Source: a virus
IMG/VR virus record: IMGVR_UViG_3300044699_000063
Coordinates: 3,050-67,049 of that record
Length of the DNA stretch: 64,000 nt
Direction: 5' to 3' (one strand)
The notes under the pieces were generated by a model that saw only the letters and a list, made by a program, of their open reading frames with translations, was not told the origin of the DNA and ran no database searches. A program made the translations under genes and the position numbers. Positions 1 to 9,308 of the stretch are shown here, piece by piece (positions within the stretch are counted from its first letter, which is position 1; each line of letters begins with the position of its first letter).

Positions 1-2
1 AC

Positions 3-641
3 GCCTGGGACCTGCTCGCCACACTGGAATCGGCCGCGGTCCAGACTTCGGCGCAGATCAGTGAACGGTGCGGCATCCACGTCCACGTCGGACACCGCGG
101 CGCGGCGATCCGGCCCACCGAGTTTGTTCGCACTGCACGGCGTTACTGCGCCGTCGAAGAACACCTGATCCGCACTCTGGCCCCTGGACGCTTCGCGTCG
201 AAACGCCAGATGAACAGGACCGTGCTGGAAGCATTGCGCTACTGGCGCGACATGGCTGGCGTGACCAGTATCGACTTCACAGCGCCGTGGAACACCGTTC
301 TCGGTGCGGCGAACTTCGACCGCCATCTCGACTTGAACTTCGACCACGGCCGCACCGGCACCACCGAGTTCCGGCTGTGGAACGCAAGTCTCATGTCCTG
401 GCGTGTCGAACTGGCCGTGCGCCTGTCCTGCTTCCTGGCCGAAGACCACGGAGCGTGGGTGCCCCAGGCATGGGCGCAAGGCGCGGGGGCGATGTTGCAA
501 GACCTCGCCTGGAACAGCCAGGAACGGCTGATCCCTTCTCCGTTGACCTGGGACGAACTGGTCTCAGTGGTCGACGCGACCGATCCTGCCTGCGCCACGC
601 TCATGCGTGAGCAGGCCCGATACATGCGAGAGACCTACTAA
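3..641 (+). CDS. Putative amidoligase (COOH-NH2 ligase, Amidoligase_2-like), 5' truncated
   Basis: The frame is open from base 3. It contains CGIHVHVG (starts at 69) and GTTEFRLWNAS, the two typical motifs of this family. Confidence 0.8.
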   Translation, partial: AWDLLATLESAAVQTSAQISERCGIHVHVGHRGAAIRPTEFVRTARRYCAVEEHLIRTLAPGRFASKRQMNRTVLEALRYWRDMAGVTSIDFTAPWNTVLGAANFDRHLDLNFDHGRTGTTEFRLWNASLMSWRVELAVRLSCFLAEDHGAWVPQAWAQGAGAMLQDLAWNSQERLIPSPLTWDELVSVVDATDPACATLMREQARYMRETY

Positions 642-707
642 CTCTCGCGAGTTCTCCGGCGTGAGCCGGGGTTGCAACCCACTCACACAAGAAAGGAGGA
701 ACCAAGC

Positions 708-983
708 ATGGCACTCGTCAAGATCAGCAAGATCGGCAAGGGCGCGGACGCGAACAAGATCGCTCCGGCTCCCGCCGAGGCTGCTCCGCTGACGGTCGCG
801 GGAGTTTCCGCTGTCAAGCGCATCGCGGACGTCAACGCCGTCCTCGACGCCGACAACGGTGACGCCAACGGCCGCAGCCAGTGGCTTGCGGTTCGCTTCT
901 CCGACGGGACGCTGGCTCTGGCCTGCTTCCCGCAGGGGGATGCGTACCACGCCTTCGCCGCAGCGCGCGGCGTGACGGTCTGA
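708..983 (+). CDS. Hypothetical protein
   Basis: Strong RBS AAAGGAGGA before ATG 708 (MALVKISK...). Confidence 0.75.
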   Translation: MALVKISKIGKGADANKIAPAPAEAAPLTVAGVSAVKRIADVNAVLDADNGDANGRSQWLAVRFSDGTLALACFPQGDAYHAFAAARGVTV

Positions 984-1103
984 GGACCGTTACGGGGCCG
1001 CGACAGGCGGTCTAAGGCATGAGGTCCCGAAGCCTCCCCCAACGCGGCTGCCCTGGTCATTCGATCAGGGCAAGCCGCGACCAACGACACGAAAGACGCT
1101 CCG

Positions 1104-1667
1104 ATGGGATTCTCGACCGCACAAGGCATCATGGATGCCCTCGCCTCTCCGAACATCGACCCAGTGGACATTGCCTGGGAGATCGACAGCGACCTGCGCG
1201 TGCGCAAGCCCAACGCCGGAGAGATGCGGATGCGTTTCACCCAGGAATGGGTGACGCCCGAAGTGCGCTGGTCGATCCGGCGCTTCTACCGGCTGTGCCG
1301 TACGCGGCGCGCTGTCGAGAACTACCTGACCTACACGAGAAAGGAGGCCCGCCGCTTGGCCTGGGAAATGTTCTTCACTCTCGGCCGTTCGCTGATGCAA
1401 CGCACATGGCGTCCGATGCGAACGCAAACCGAACCGATCGCGACTGTCACGCCGATACGTCGGTATGAACAGCCCAACCCGCACGCCAGTTGGTGTACGC
1501 ACTGCGGCAAAGCGCGCTGGCTGCACCGCGAGACAGACGGCTACGCCTGTCCCGCGATCGGCACGGCGATGGATCGCTGGACGCCGACCGGTGCGGCCGT
1601 TGCCCGGTTGACGGAAACCGAACCGGCGAAACCGATCGAAACCTCAGCCGATGCTGCTCGCCGCTGA
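1104..1667 (+). CDS. Hypothetical protein with C-terminal CxxC motif
   Basis: 187-aa ORF containing WCTHCGK...YAC. Start uncertain. Confidence 0.6.
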   Translation: MGFSTAQGIMDALASPNIDPVDIAWEIDSDLRVRKPNAGEMRMRFTQEWVTPEVRWSIRRFYRLCRTRRAVENYLTYTRKEARRLAWEMFFTLGRSLMQRTWRPMRTQTEPIATVTPIRRYEQPNPHASWCTHCGKARWLHRETDGYACPAIGTAMDRWTPTGAAVARLTETEPAKPIETSADAARR

Positions 1668-1774
1668 GCCTGCGGCACCAGTCGCACCTGCCCCGACGCT
1701 GCTCATGGCCGAACCAGCCAAACCGATCCCCGCTCCACCGATGAACGACGAGAAAGAGGAGGTGGACGACTGGA

Positions 1775-2251
1775 ATGATTACCGTTGGGCAAACTGCTAC
1801 ATCTGAACTGCGGCGCGCCCTGCGCACGCCCGGCCCCGCCCCCGCCACCGTCGAAGCCATCGAAGCTGCGATGGACGAGCGCGACGAGACCGAGTACGCC
1901 GAGTGGCGCGCTTCGACACTGCGCGGCGCACGGTCCAGTCGGCTCGCGATGTCCGATCTCACTCCGGACGAGTGGGAGAAGTATTACGACTGGCTGGAAA
2001 CCAACACTCCCTCATCCAACAGGGAGTGGATCGACGCCGAACGCAAGGCCATGCGCGCCGCGCTGAAGGCCGTCGAGAACGGCAGGCGCGTACACGACGA
2101 GGCCACGCCCGGCTGGTGCCATTCCTGCGGGCAGTACGCCGAGGTCTACACCTGCGAGACCTGCTCATGGACGTACTGCTGGGTCTGTTCCTACACCGAC
2201 CGAGGCGGCGTGGTCTGCGCCGACTGCTTCGACGAAACGAGCGGATCGTGA
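1775..2251 (+). CDS. Hypothetical zinc-finger protein
   Basis: RBS GAGGAGG; four CxxC pairs at the C-terminus (CHSC, CETC, CWVC, CADC). Confidence 0.7.
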   Translation: MITVGQTATSELRRALRTPGPAPATVEAIEAAMDERDETEYAEWRASTLRGARSSRLAMSDLTPDEWEKYYDWLETNTPSSNREWIDAERKAMRAALKAVENGRRVHDEATPGWCHSCGQYAEVYTCETCSWTYCWVCSYTDRGGVVCADCFDETSGS

Positions 2252-2586
2252 AACGACTGACCACGGCTTACCGCGTCATCCTCTCCAACGAACCAACGCT
2301 GGTGAAGGCACACCGCGTCGCGCTGCGACGGTGGTACCGCTGCCTGCGTGGCGAAGGGGTGTCGCGTGAGGAATCCCGCGCCGACGTGGTGGAACTCGGC
2401 ATGGAGTGGCGGCGCGACGTGATCCGCATCCGCGGCATGTCGTCCAAGAAACGCCGCAACGCGGCCTACGAGCACCACCGCGATCAGGTGGCATCCGTGA
2501 TGCAGCTGCTCTGCGAGAGGCCAGTGCGCCCGGCCAAGCCTGCGGGGCTGATCCCTGAATTGATCCGAATCGAGGTGACTGTGTGA
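2248..2586 (+). CDS. Hypothetical protein
   Basis: GTGA overlap with the upstream stop (VKRLTTAYRVIL...). Confidence 0.6.
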   Translation: MKRLTTAYRVILSNEPTLVKAHRVALRRWYRCLRGEGVSREESRADVVELGMEWRRDVIRIRGMSSKKRRNAAYEHHRDQVASVMQLLCERPVRPAKPAGLIPELIRIEVTV

Positions 2587-3350
2587 TGGAGAACTACCAA
2601 CTGACCTGGCGGAACTGTGAAGACCTGGCCGTGCGGCTGGACCGCGCCGGGTTCGCGATGCCCAACGGCGCATCGTGGTTGTCAGGTGTCGTCGAGCGTG
2701 ACCATCGCCCGGCGTCCGTTCCGGAGTCAGCGAAGTTCATCCGCGAACTCGCCACCACGGCACGCGACAGGCTGACCTTCGACGGGGGTCGGCTGTTCGA
2801 CGCCCAGACCCGCGGCGGCGTTCCGAAGTGGAGATGGGTCAACGGCTGGGTGACCGGCCTTCCACCGCTGCTGGACAATCCGGCCCCGAAAGACGACGAG
2901 TGGATGCCCGACGACAAGGCCCACTTCGAGTTCCACGCCGACCATCCGCACGAGAACCCGCACACCTTGTGGTACCGCACCAACCGTGACGTCACGGTGC
3001 TCGGGCGAGGCACGTCGTGTCTGCCCGACGCGTGGGACTGCCCGACGGTGAAGAAGCGGATCAAGGCCAACTGGATGCGCTCTTACATGGTGCGCTGGGA
3101 GTTGGACGGATACGTGGGCGAAGTGTTCGAAGACGAACTCGCTGCCGGTCCGACCCACTGGCGGTTGACGCCCGTCGAGAAGGTGACAGAGGAACGAGCC
3201 GCCGCGCTGCCGGTTCGCAAGGCGAAGGCTCTGCCGGTCGTCGCCCGGTCCTCGGTCCTCGACTTCCTCCGCGACGACCCGCCGATCCGGCAGCGGCAGC
3301 GCGAGAGCCAGGGAAACGATGGAGACGCGTCTCAACCGCGCCCTCGATGA
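2583..3350 (+). CDS. Hypothetical protein
   Basis: 255-aa ORF translationally coupled to its neighbours. Confidence 0.7.
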   Translation: MMENYQLTWRNCEDLAVRLDRAGFAMPNGASWLSGVVERDHRPASVPESAKFIRELATTARDRLTFDGGRLFDAQTRGGVPKWRWVNGWVTGLPPLLDNPAPKDDEWMPDDKAHFEFHADHPHENPHTLWYRTNRDVTVLGRGTSCLPDAWDCPTVKKRIKANWMRSYMVRWELDGYVGEVFEDELAAGPTHWRLTPVEKVTEERAAALPVRKAKALPVVARSSVLDFLRDDPPIRQRQRESQGNDGDASQPRPR

Positions 3351-3735
3351 CAGGGGGATCGACTGTATGGAATGCAACAGCTTCCATCTGCCCGACTGCT
3401 GTCCTGAAATGGACGACCTGGATGACGACGGTCGTCCACACTGCGGCGACTGTGAGAGCTACCACTGGCCTGAGCCGATCCAGACTTGCCCGGAGGAAGA
3501 GCAGAGCTACATTCAGCCAGTGAGAGCCAGGATCTTCCAGCCCGCGAGGGTCTACCGGACCACCGTGTCGGGGGCGGTGACCGGCGGTTTAGGGATCGGG
3601 ATCGCCTCTGATGAGATGCCAACGAGGAACTTCGTCAACCTGGACGCTCCCTTGACGCCCGCACAGATCGGCAGGCTCACCGCTGAGGACGTACGCAGGG
3701 TATGGGCCGAGCAGCCCGACGGGGACACGCTCTGA
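3319..3735 (+). CDS. Hypothetical protein with two CxxCxxxH motifs
   Basis: CMECNSFH and CGDCESYH. Confidence 0.6.
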   Translation: METRLNRALDDRGIDCMECNSFHLPDCCPEMDDLDDDGRPHCGDCESYHWPEPIQTCPEEEQSYIQPVRARIFQPARVYRTTVSGAVTGGLGIGIASDEMPTRNFVNLDAPLTPAQIGRLTAEDVRRVWAEQPDGDTL

Positions 3736-3965
3736 TGAGTAACCAACTGGCTGACGAACCGTTCTTCGTGCCCGTCACCGTCGATCCGGAGACCGGGCAG
3801 GAGTTGGGGTTCGTGGCTCACACGATCGTCGCGATCGTGGACACCGAGACACTGGAAGCCCTGCTCGCCCATCACCGCGACAACGCGGTGCCGACAGGGC
3901 ACATCGGCTACCACTCCGCCTGCTTCACCGCGGGCGACCTGATCAAGAAAGGACTGCGCGCATGA
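3735..3965 (+). CDS. Hypothetical protein
   Basis: TGATG overlap; MSNQLADEPFF... Confidence 0.6.
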   Translation: MSNQLADEPFFVPVTVDPETGQELGFVAHTIVAIVDTETLEALLAHHRDNAVPTGHIGYHSACFTAGDLIKKGLRA

Positions 3966-4153
3966 AGCATGAATACAACGTCGTCGTGCGATTCGCCGCC
4001 CTAGTGACAGCGGACTCGGAGGCGCAAGCCATTCGGATGCTGTCGGATCACCCCCACCACTACGACCTGAATCCGATGCCGGACGGCAACGACGCCTTCC
4101 ACTCCGAAACCTGTGACTGCGAGACACTGGACAAGGGGCAACGACCAGCATGA
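3962..4153 (+). CDS. Hypothetical protein
   Basis: ATGA overlaps at both ends. Confidence 0.6.
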   Translation: MKHEYNVVVRFAALVTADSEAQAIRMLSDHPHHYDLNPMPDGNDAFHSETCDCETLDKGQRPA

Positions 4154-4587
4154 TCGCCACACGCGAACAGATCGTTCATCGGTTCTTGGGCATCCTGCGC
4201 GACAGCAAGGGTGTCTGGCGGGGATGGAACTGGGGCTGTCATCCGCGAACCGACGACAATCGCGACTTCTGGAAGATCACCGAACACAGCTACATCAACG
4301 GCGTCATGTTGGAGTTCGACATGGACTACCACATGGCGTACCTGTTGGAAATCGTCGACGCCCTTCCTGGGCAGCCGAGTCCGGTGTCCTACGTGGTCGT
4401 CGTGACATTCCACGGCTTCCACCATCAGAACGGCACCATCGACCACGACTCGGAGATGTTCAGTAGGGACTGCGGCACGTTCTTCGACCGCAAGGTGACC
4501 AAACAGGAAGTGGAGCACTGGGCCGTCGACACGGTTCAGGCTCTGTGTGAGTGGCATCAAGACCGAACGAGAAGGAGAGAACCATGA
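4150..4587 (+). CDS. Hypothetical protein
   Basis: 145-aa ORF with ATGA coupling. Confidence 0.65.
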   Translation: MIATREQIVHRFLGILRDSKGVWRGWNWGCHPRTDDNRDFWKITEHSYINGVMLEFDMDYHMAYLLEIVDALPGQPSPVSYVVVVTFHGFHHQNGTIDHDSEMFSRDCGTFFDRKVTKQEVEHWAVDTVQALCEWHQDRTRRREP

Positions 4588-4913
4588 CCACATCCGTCTA
4601 CGACCAGTTCCCCTTCGGGATGAAGGTGTCGCTGGACAACACCCGCATCGGGGAGGTCGTCAGCTACCGACCCAACAACATGATCGGCGTCCGCATCCTG
4701 AACGGGGGGTCGGGCGAGACGCAGATCGCGCCTGAGTACCTGGTGCCGCTGAGTGGCGGGCGACCATCTGCTCTGCGCAACTTCCGCGCCATCATGCACT
4801 GCCCGGCCCATTTCTGGCAGGGGATGAGCGGCCAACCGTTCACCTCCCCTGGCAACTGGCTCAAGGAGTTGGCCGAAGTGGCGTACCAGGCGGGGATTCA
4901 GGCACAGCCATGA
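4584..4913 (+). CDS. Hypothetical protein
   Basis: RBS AAGGAG and ATGA overlap. Confidence 0.65.
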   Translation: MTTSVYDQFPFGMKVSLDNTRIGEVVSYRPNNMIGVRILNGGSGETQIAPEYLVPLSGGRPSALRNFRAIMHCPAHFWQGMSGQPFTSPGNWLKELAEVAYQAGIQAQP

Positions 4914-5162
4914 GTGAACTACGTGACGCCATCGCCGCGGCGGTTGAACACGACGCCGACACCTATCAGGACACGTACGGCGCGGCTGATGCCGGTGCTC
5001 GCCATACCTGAGATTCGCAAGGCTCTCGCCGTGCTGGCGCTCACGCCAGGGATCATCGACCAACTGAACGAGATTGCCGAGATGGACCGGCTCCGTCCGA
5101 GCCTGATCTTGCTTGCCGTCGAAGCAACCGCAGCCGCTCTCCGCGAGGCGGTGGAGTCATGA
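4910..5162 (+). CDS. Hypothetical protein (one apparent frameshift)
   Basis: ATGA overlap (MSELRDAIAA...) joins the frame ending AALREAVES. Confidence 0.5.
5133..5162 (+). repeat. 30-bp gene-junction repeat, copy 1
   Basis: GCCGCTCTCCGCGAGGCGGTGGAGTCATGA is 28/30 identical to 61027-61056 (-). Its 18-bp core recurs exactly at 5365-5382. Confidence 0.85.
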
Positions 5163-5386
5163 GCGCGCTGGTTCTCCACCTCGTCCAAGATGGCGATGAG
5201 TGGACCGGCTGGATCGACACGCCGGACGGACGAGTCGACTACCCCGCCCCTGGCTGGGCGGGCGAGAAGCTGACGCCCGGCACAATCATCGACCGCGCTG
5301 ATCGCTGGGCCACACAGCGAGGGGTGCTGCTCGACCTCGACCTCATCACTTTCCTCGGGACTTCCCGCGAGGCGGTGGAGTCGTGA
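5159..5386 (+). CDS. Hypothetical protein
   Basis: Coupled ORF that ends REAVES like the upstream gene. Confidence 0.6.
   Translation: MSALVLHLVQDGDEWTGWIDTPDGRVDYPAPGWAGEKLTPGTIIDRADRWATQRGVLLDLDLITFLGTSREAVES
5365..5386 (+). repeat. Gene-junction repeat, copy 2 (core)
   Basis: CCGCGAGGCGGTGGAGTC followed by a GTGA stop/start overlap. Confidence 0.85.
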
Positions 5387-5535
5387 GCTACGTCGCGATC
5401 GTCCTCGACCGTGACGGCAACGAAGTCCTCAGGCTCGGTCCCCGCGAAGGTGAAGACGCAGCCCAGCTGCTGCGTGAAGGCCTGCGGATGGACTACCCGG
5501 AACCCGACTACCACATCGAAGTGAAGGAGGTTTGA
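5383..5535 (+). CDS. Small hypothetical protein
   Basis: GTG overlap; VSYVAIVLDRDGNEVLRLG...EVKEV* (below the ORF-track cutoff). Confidence 0.55.
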   Translation: MSYVAIVLDRDGNEVLRLGPREGEDAAQLLREGLRMDYPEPDYHIEVKEV

Positions 5536-5536
5536 C

Positions 5537-5845
5537 ATGAATATGAACGACACGCAGGACGTTTCGGTGGTCGACGCCGTCGTCGCTGCCCTGCTGGACC
5601 GAGGAGATTGGATGACCATCGAGAACTTGGCCTACCTCCACTCCCAGGAAGCCTGGGACTGTCACTTCGGCCCGTTGCTCGACGACCTGGAAGAACAACT
5701 CCGACCTCTCACAGCTCTGGAGCTGATCGACGAACTGCGCGGGCGCGCCGTCATCGACATCCCGGGGCCGAACGAATGGTTGTGCGTCGGCAGGGACGAC
5801 CTCGACCGCATCCGTGACGCGATCCAACGGGAGGTGAAGTCATGA
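5537..5845 (+). CDS. Hypothetical protein
   Basis: RBS AAGGAGG. Confidence 0.65.
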   Translation: MNMNDTQDVSVVDAVVAALLDRGDWMTIENLAYLHSQEAWDCHFGPLLDDLEEQLRPLTALELIDELRGRAVIDIPGPNEWLCVGRDDLDRIRDAIQREVKS

Positions 5846-6027
5846 CCAAGAAGGACTACGAACTGCTCGCCGCCGCGATGTATCGGGCGTGGGTCAGCGT
5901 CGAGAACGACTGCGCCCCGGCGGTGAGAATGACCAGCGAGATGCTGGCCGATGCCCTGACCGGTGACAATCCCAACTTCGACAGGGGGCGATTCCTCGCA
6001 GCCTGTCAAGGGGTCAAGAAGAGGTAG
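5842..6027 (+). CDS. Hypothetical protein
   Basis: MTKKDYELLA...DNPNFDRGRFLAAC resembles a small protein type common in phages. Confidence 0.65.
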   Translation: MTKKDYELLAAAMYRAWVSVENDCAPAVRMTSEMLADALTGDNPNFDRGRFLAACQGVKKR

Positions 6028-6131
6028 CCGAGCGGGATGAATCCGACGGCGATCCACGTCACCCCGTTCCAGACGTTGCGATTGACGAGTGAGACGATGC
6101 CGACTACCCACAGGGCGATCCACGCGACCAT
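6006..6131 (-). CDS. Small membrane protein
   Basis: Two hydrophobic segments (MVAWIALWVVGIVSLV; VTWIAVGFIPLGYLFL). Confidence 0.4.
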   Translation of the reverse strand: MVAWIALWVVGIVSLVNRNVWNGVTWIAVGFIPLGYLFLTP

Positions 6132-6211
6132 GAAGCACAGGTCGGCGGTGTCGGTGTTGGTGTTGAAGATGCCAGCTAGCACGACTGGGCTAGTACCCAG
6201 AAAGAAACCCG

Positions 6212-6240
6212 TTGACACACGGCCTACGACCCTGTAACAT
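6212..6240 (+). promoter_or_regulatory. SigA-type promoter for the ERF/SSB operon
   Basis: TTGACA-N17-TAACAT, 9 nt upstream of GTG 6250. Confidence 0.8.
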
Positions 6241-6249
6241 TATGGGAAC

Positions 6250-7140
6250 GTGATCAAGGAGACTCAATTGGCTGCTACACCTGCCCCGGCCCACATGGAG
6301 CCAGGGGAACCGACCAACGTCGTCGAGGCACTGGCCCGCGTCACCGCCCTCATCGGGGGCGTGCCGAAGCTGAACACCAACCAGCGCGCTCGCCTCGGAC
6401 TGTCCGCGCCGGACGAAGGGATTAAGTACGCCTACCGGTCGATCGACCAGCTGGCCTCGAAAGCCCAGGCTCTGTTCGGGGAGATGGGCGTCGTCATCGT
6501 GCCGACCGTGCTCGACCATGAGGCCACCCCGGTCCAGAAAGGATCGGGGACCTCCTGGTACCGCCAGCTGGTGACCGTTCGATGGGACATCTACGGACCG
6601 GGCGGACTTGGAGATCAACTGAGCGCGATCACCGTGGGGCAAGGCGACGACAACTCCGACAAGGGTATGAACAAGGCGATGACCGCCGCGTTCAAGAATC
6701 TGCTGCTGCGGATTCTGTGCATCGGTGATCCCGCCGACGAGACCGACAACCTCGACACGCGACCCGGCTCACCCCGCGTCCTCATACCCGACGACCTTCC
6801 CGAAGGTTCCCAAGAGGAATGGGATGAGGTCCGCGCCCTGCTGACGAAGCCCGCCTGGAAGAAGCGGGTGCAGGACTTCGGGCGCAGTCGGGGGATGACC
6901 AACTTCAACGAACCCGGTGATCTCACCGGCCTGCTCATCAGCGCTGCCCGCAACGTGCTTGCCGGGCGCGAACCTGACGAGCCTGAGATCGGACAGGCAG
7001 TACCCGCTCCTGAAGCGCCGACACCTGCCGAAAGTGCTCCGGCACCCTCTCCCTCTCTAGGGGTGCCGGAGCACGAACACACCTACAACAAGAGCGGCTC
7101 CTGCACCTTCGAAGGGTGCGACAAGGAAGAACCGTTCTAG
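6250..7140 (+). CDS. ERF-family ssDNA annealing protein (recombinase)
   Basis: YAYRSIDQL...GVVIVP and GQGDDNSDKGMNKAMTAAFKNLLLRILCI ERF signatures. Confidence 0.85.
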   Translation: MIKETQLAATPAPAHMEPGEPTNVVEALARVTALIGGVPKLNTNQRARLGLSAPDEGIKYAYRSIDQLASKAQALFGEMGVVIVPTVLDHEATPVQKGSGTSWYRQLVTVRWDIYGPGGLGDQLSAITVGQGDDNSDKGMNKAMTAAFKNLLLRILCIGDPADETDNLDTRPGSPRVLIPDDLPEGSQEEWDEVRALLTKPAWKKRVQDFGRSRGMTNFNEPGDLTGLLISAARNVLAGREPDEPEIGQAVPAPEAPTPAESAPAPSPSLGVPEHEHTYNKSGSCTFEGCDKEEPF

Positions 7141-7165
7141 ACCCTCCTGAAAGGAGCTACACATC

Positions 7166-7534
7166 ATGCCGACCATCTGGGAAGACCCTCCCGAGAAGTT
7201 CTCCTTCGTCAAGAAGGCGACCAAGTCCGCACGCCAGCGTCTGATCGAAGACGTCATGGCCAACCCCGGCCGCTGGGCACGCTTCGGCGTGACCGACTCC
7301 CACTCCCGCGCTGGCGGTCTCGTGGCCGGACTCGGCAAGAAGGGGTTCGTCGTCGCCACTCGCCTGCTGGGTGACGGCCCGAACAAGGGCAAGGTGGGAG
7401 TCTGGATCAAGTACGACCCCGCCGAAGCCGAAGTCAAGCGCACGGCGTTCCAGGCCCGCAAGGCCGCACGCGCCAACGGCGAGGCCACCCCGACCACGGC
7501 CACCCCGGCTCAGCCGTACGCCTTCCAGTCATGA
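7166..7534 (+). CDS. Hypothetical protein
   Basis: RBS AAAGGAG. WEDPP...NPGRWA resembles 58530-58781 (DHPGQW). Confidence 0.7.
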   Translation: MPTIWEDPPEKFSFVKKATKSARQRLIEDVMANPGRWARFGVTDSHSRAGGLVAGLGKKGFVVATRLLGDGPNKGKVGVWIKYDPAEAEVKRTAFQARKAARANGEATPTTATPAQPYAFQS

Positions 7535-7887
7535 GCATCACGGTCGTCGCTCAGTTCTCCGACGATCCCGAACTGCGGTACTCAGAAGGGGGAAGCCCCA
7601 TCTGTTCCTTCCGCATCGGGGAGCGACGTCAGGAAGGCCGAGGCCAAGACGCCCTCGTCGAGTGGACCAACTACAACTGTGAAGCCCGCGGCGACCTGGC
7701 CGAGAACATCGGCGCATCCGCCGCGAAGGGTGACAGGTTCCTGTTCACCGGAGAGATGCGTATCCGGACCTGGGAGAACCAGGAAGGCAAGAAGCGAGAG
7801 AGCCTCTACTTCCTGGTCACCGACGCAGGTCCGGCCCTGCGCTTCGCCACCTGCGAAGTCACCAAGAACCCGAAGAAGCAGTCATGA
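7531..7887 (+). CDS. ssb: Single-stranded DNA-binding protein
   Basis: DPELRYSEGG, LAENIGAS..KGDR, RTWENQEGKKR: actinobacterial SSB OB fold without the acidic tail. Confidence 0.9.
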   Translation: MSITVVAQFSDDPELRYSEGGSPICSFRIGERRQEGRGQDALVEWTNYNCEARGDLAENIGASAAKGDRFLFTGEMRIRTWENQEGKKRESLYFLVTDAGPALRFATCEVTKNPKKQS

Positions 7888-8132
7888 ACCGCGTCGTCCT
7901 CGAAGGCGGCGAGGTCATTCTCAACGTCCACCCGAAGTACCGCTGCAAGGGGACGTGCTGCATCCACCGCCGCACCAACCACCACATGCGGTCGTTTCCT
8001 CAGCATTTCCGGGAAGACCGCGGATTCATGGAGCGCACCTGTCCGCATGGTGTCGGCCACCCCGATCCTGACGACCCGTTCGCTGACCCGATCCACGGAT
8101 GCGACGGCTGTTGCGCTCCGAAGGGGACCTGA
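7884..8132 (+). CDS. Cys/His-rich hypothetical phage protein
   Basis: CCIH...ERTCPHGVGHPDPD...HGCDGCC. Confidence 0.7.
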   Translation: MNRVVLEGGEVILNVHPKYRCKGTCCIHRRTNHHMRSFPQHFREDRGFMERTCPHGVGHPDPDDPFADPIHGCDGCCAPKGT

Positions 8133-8791
8133 TGGACACCTACTTCTCTGTCGACGTCGAGACCACCCACAACGGCATCCCCGCTCGCGGAGTGCTGTTG
8201 ACGTTCGGCGCATGGCCGATCCTGTGGCAGCCCGGCGCTGATCCTGTCATCGGTGAACCGTTCTACGCTCGCGTCGACCGGTCTGCGTGGCTGGGTCTGT
8301 TCGGCTGGTACGACAACAGGGCCACGAGCGACACCTACCGCTGGTGGGTGGACCAAGACCCCGTCGTCGTCGACGAAGCATGGCGGGACCGCAGTCTGTT
8401 CCGCCTGTCCCCCAACGACGCCGCGCAGGAGTTCGTCAACTGGGTGAAGGCCCACACGCAGGGGGAGGCGTACTTCGTCGCCAACCCGGTGTCATTCGAC
8501 AAGCCGTGGATCGACGACTTCCTCGACACCTCCGGGTTGGAGACCCCGTTCCACTACCGCTCGGTCTGCCTGCGCTCGATGCGCTTCGGATCGAACATCG
8601 CCAAAGGGTTCGGGGGGGCGCGCGACCACCACAAGCCGGTCCTGCCTCATCACGCCCTGCATGACGCCTACGCCCAGGCGCTCGACTTCTGCGAGATGCT
8701 CGGCCCGGTTCAACGACAACACCCTGACGCGATCGAAGACCACTTCGACCAACTCGACTGGCTGCGCGAGCAGCGTGAGAACGATGTCTGA
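8132..8791 (+). CDS. DnaQ/DEDDh-family 3'-5' exonuclease
   Basis: SVDVET (ExoI), NPVSFD (ExoII), HHALHDA (ExoIII). Confidence 0.85.
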   Translation: MDTYFSVDVETTHNGIPARGVLLTFGAWPILWQPGADPVIGEPFYARVDRSAWLGLFGWYDNRATSDTYRWWVDQDPVVVDEAWRDRSLFRLSPNDAAQEFVNWVKAHTQGEAYFVANPVSFDKPWIDDFLDTSGLETPFHYRSVCLRSMRFGSNIAKGFGGARDHHKPVLPHHALHDAYAQALDFCEMLGPVQRQHPDAIEDHFDQLDWLREQRENDV

Positions 8792-9026
8792 CTTCTTCAA
8801 GCCCTTCGTCTGGCGCGTAGCGGAAGATGAACGCTGGATCGAAGCCGAGACGAGCGATGTGTTCGTCAGGTTCCGTTGCCGCAAGGTCGGGACGTTCAAG
8901 AACTTCGACCTGTACGAGATGCCCGCCGACGGGATGGTGGTGTTCGCTGTCAACCAGGGCAACCTCGCAGACACCTACTTCGCGCCCAGCTTCGGTGCGC
9001 TCGCAACTCTGTTGGAGCAGCTGTGA
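8784..9026 (+). CDS. Hypothetical protein
   Basis: MSDFFKPFVW... overlaps the exonuclease end. Confidence 0.55.
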   Translation: MSDFFKPFVWRVAEDERWIEAETSDVFVRFRCRKVGTFKNFDLYEMPADGMVVFAVNQGNLADTYFAPSFGALATLLEQL

Positions 9027-9205
9027 GAAAGCCGCCCGCATCCTGGCAGCGGCTGATCGCCGTGTCCATGCAACTCGTCGACTCGCACGACCGCACGGCC
9101 TCAGTCGTCATCGAGACCGTCCCGCCGGAAACGGATTACCGCAAGGTGTTGTCCATCCAGAACGCCTGGCTGAACAAGTACCACCGGCGACAGCACGCGG
9201 GCTGA
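9023..9205 (+). CDS. Hypothetical protein (may extend to 9327 by frameshift)
   Basis: GTGA overlap; VRKPPASWQRLI... Confidence 0.45.
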   Translation: MRKPPASWQRLIAVSMQLVDSHDRTASVVIETVPPETDYRKVLSIQNAWLNKYHRRQHAG

Positions 9206-9308
9206 TCCCGTTCCCGTATCGCATCCGCCGCCACCGCGCTGACGACGGCAGTTACATCATCGAAGCCGCACTCGACCTGAGCGGCCCCATCGAGGAAGCA
9301 ATGGTGCT

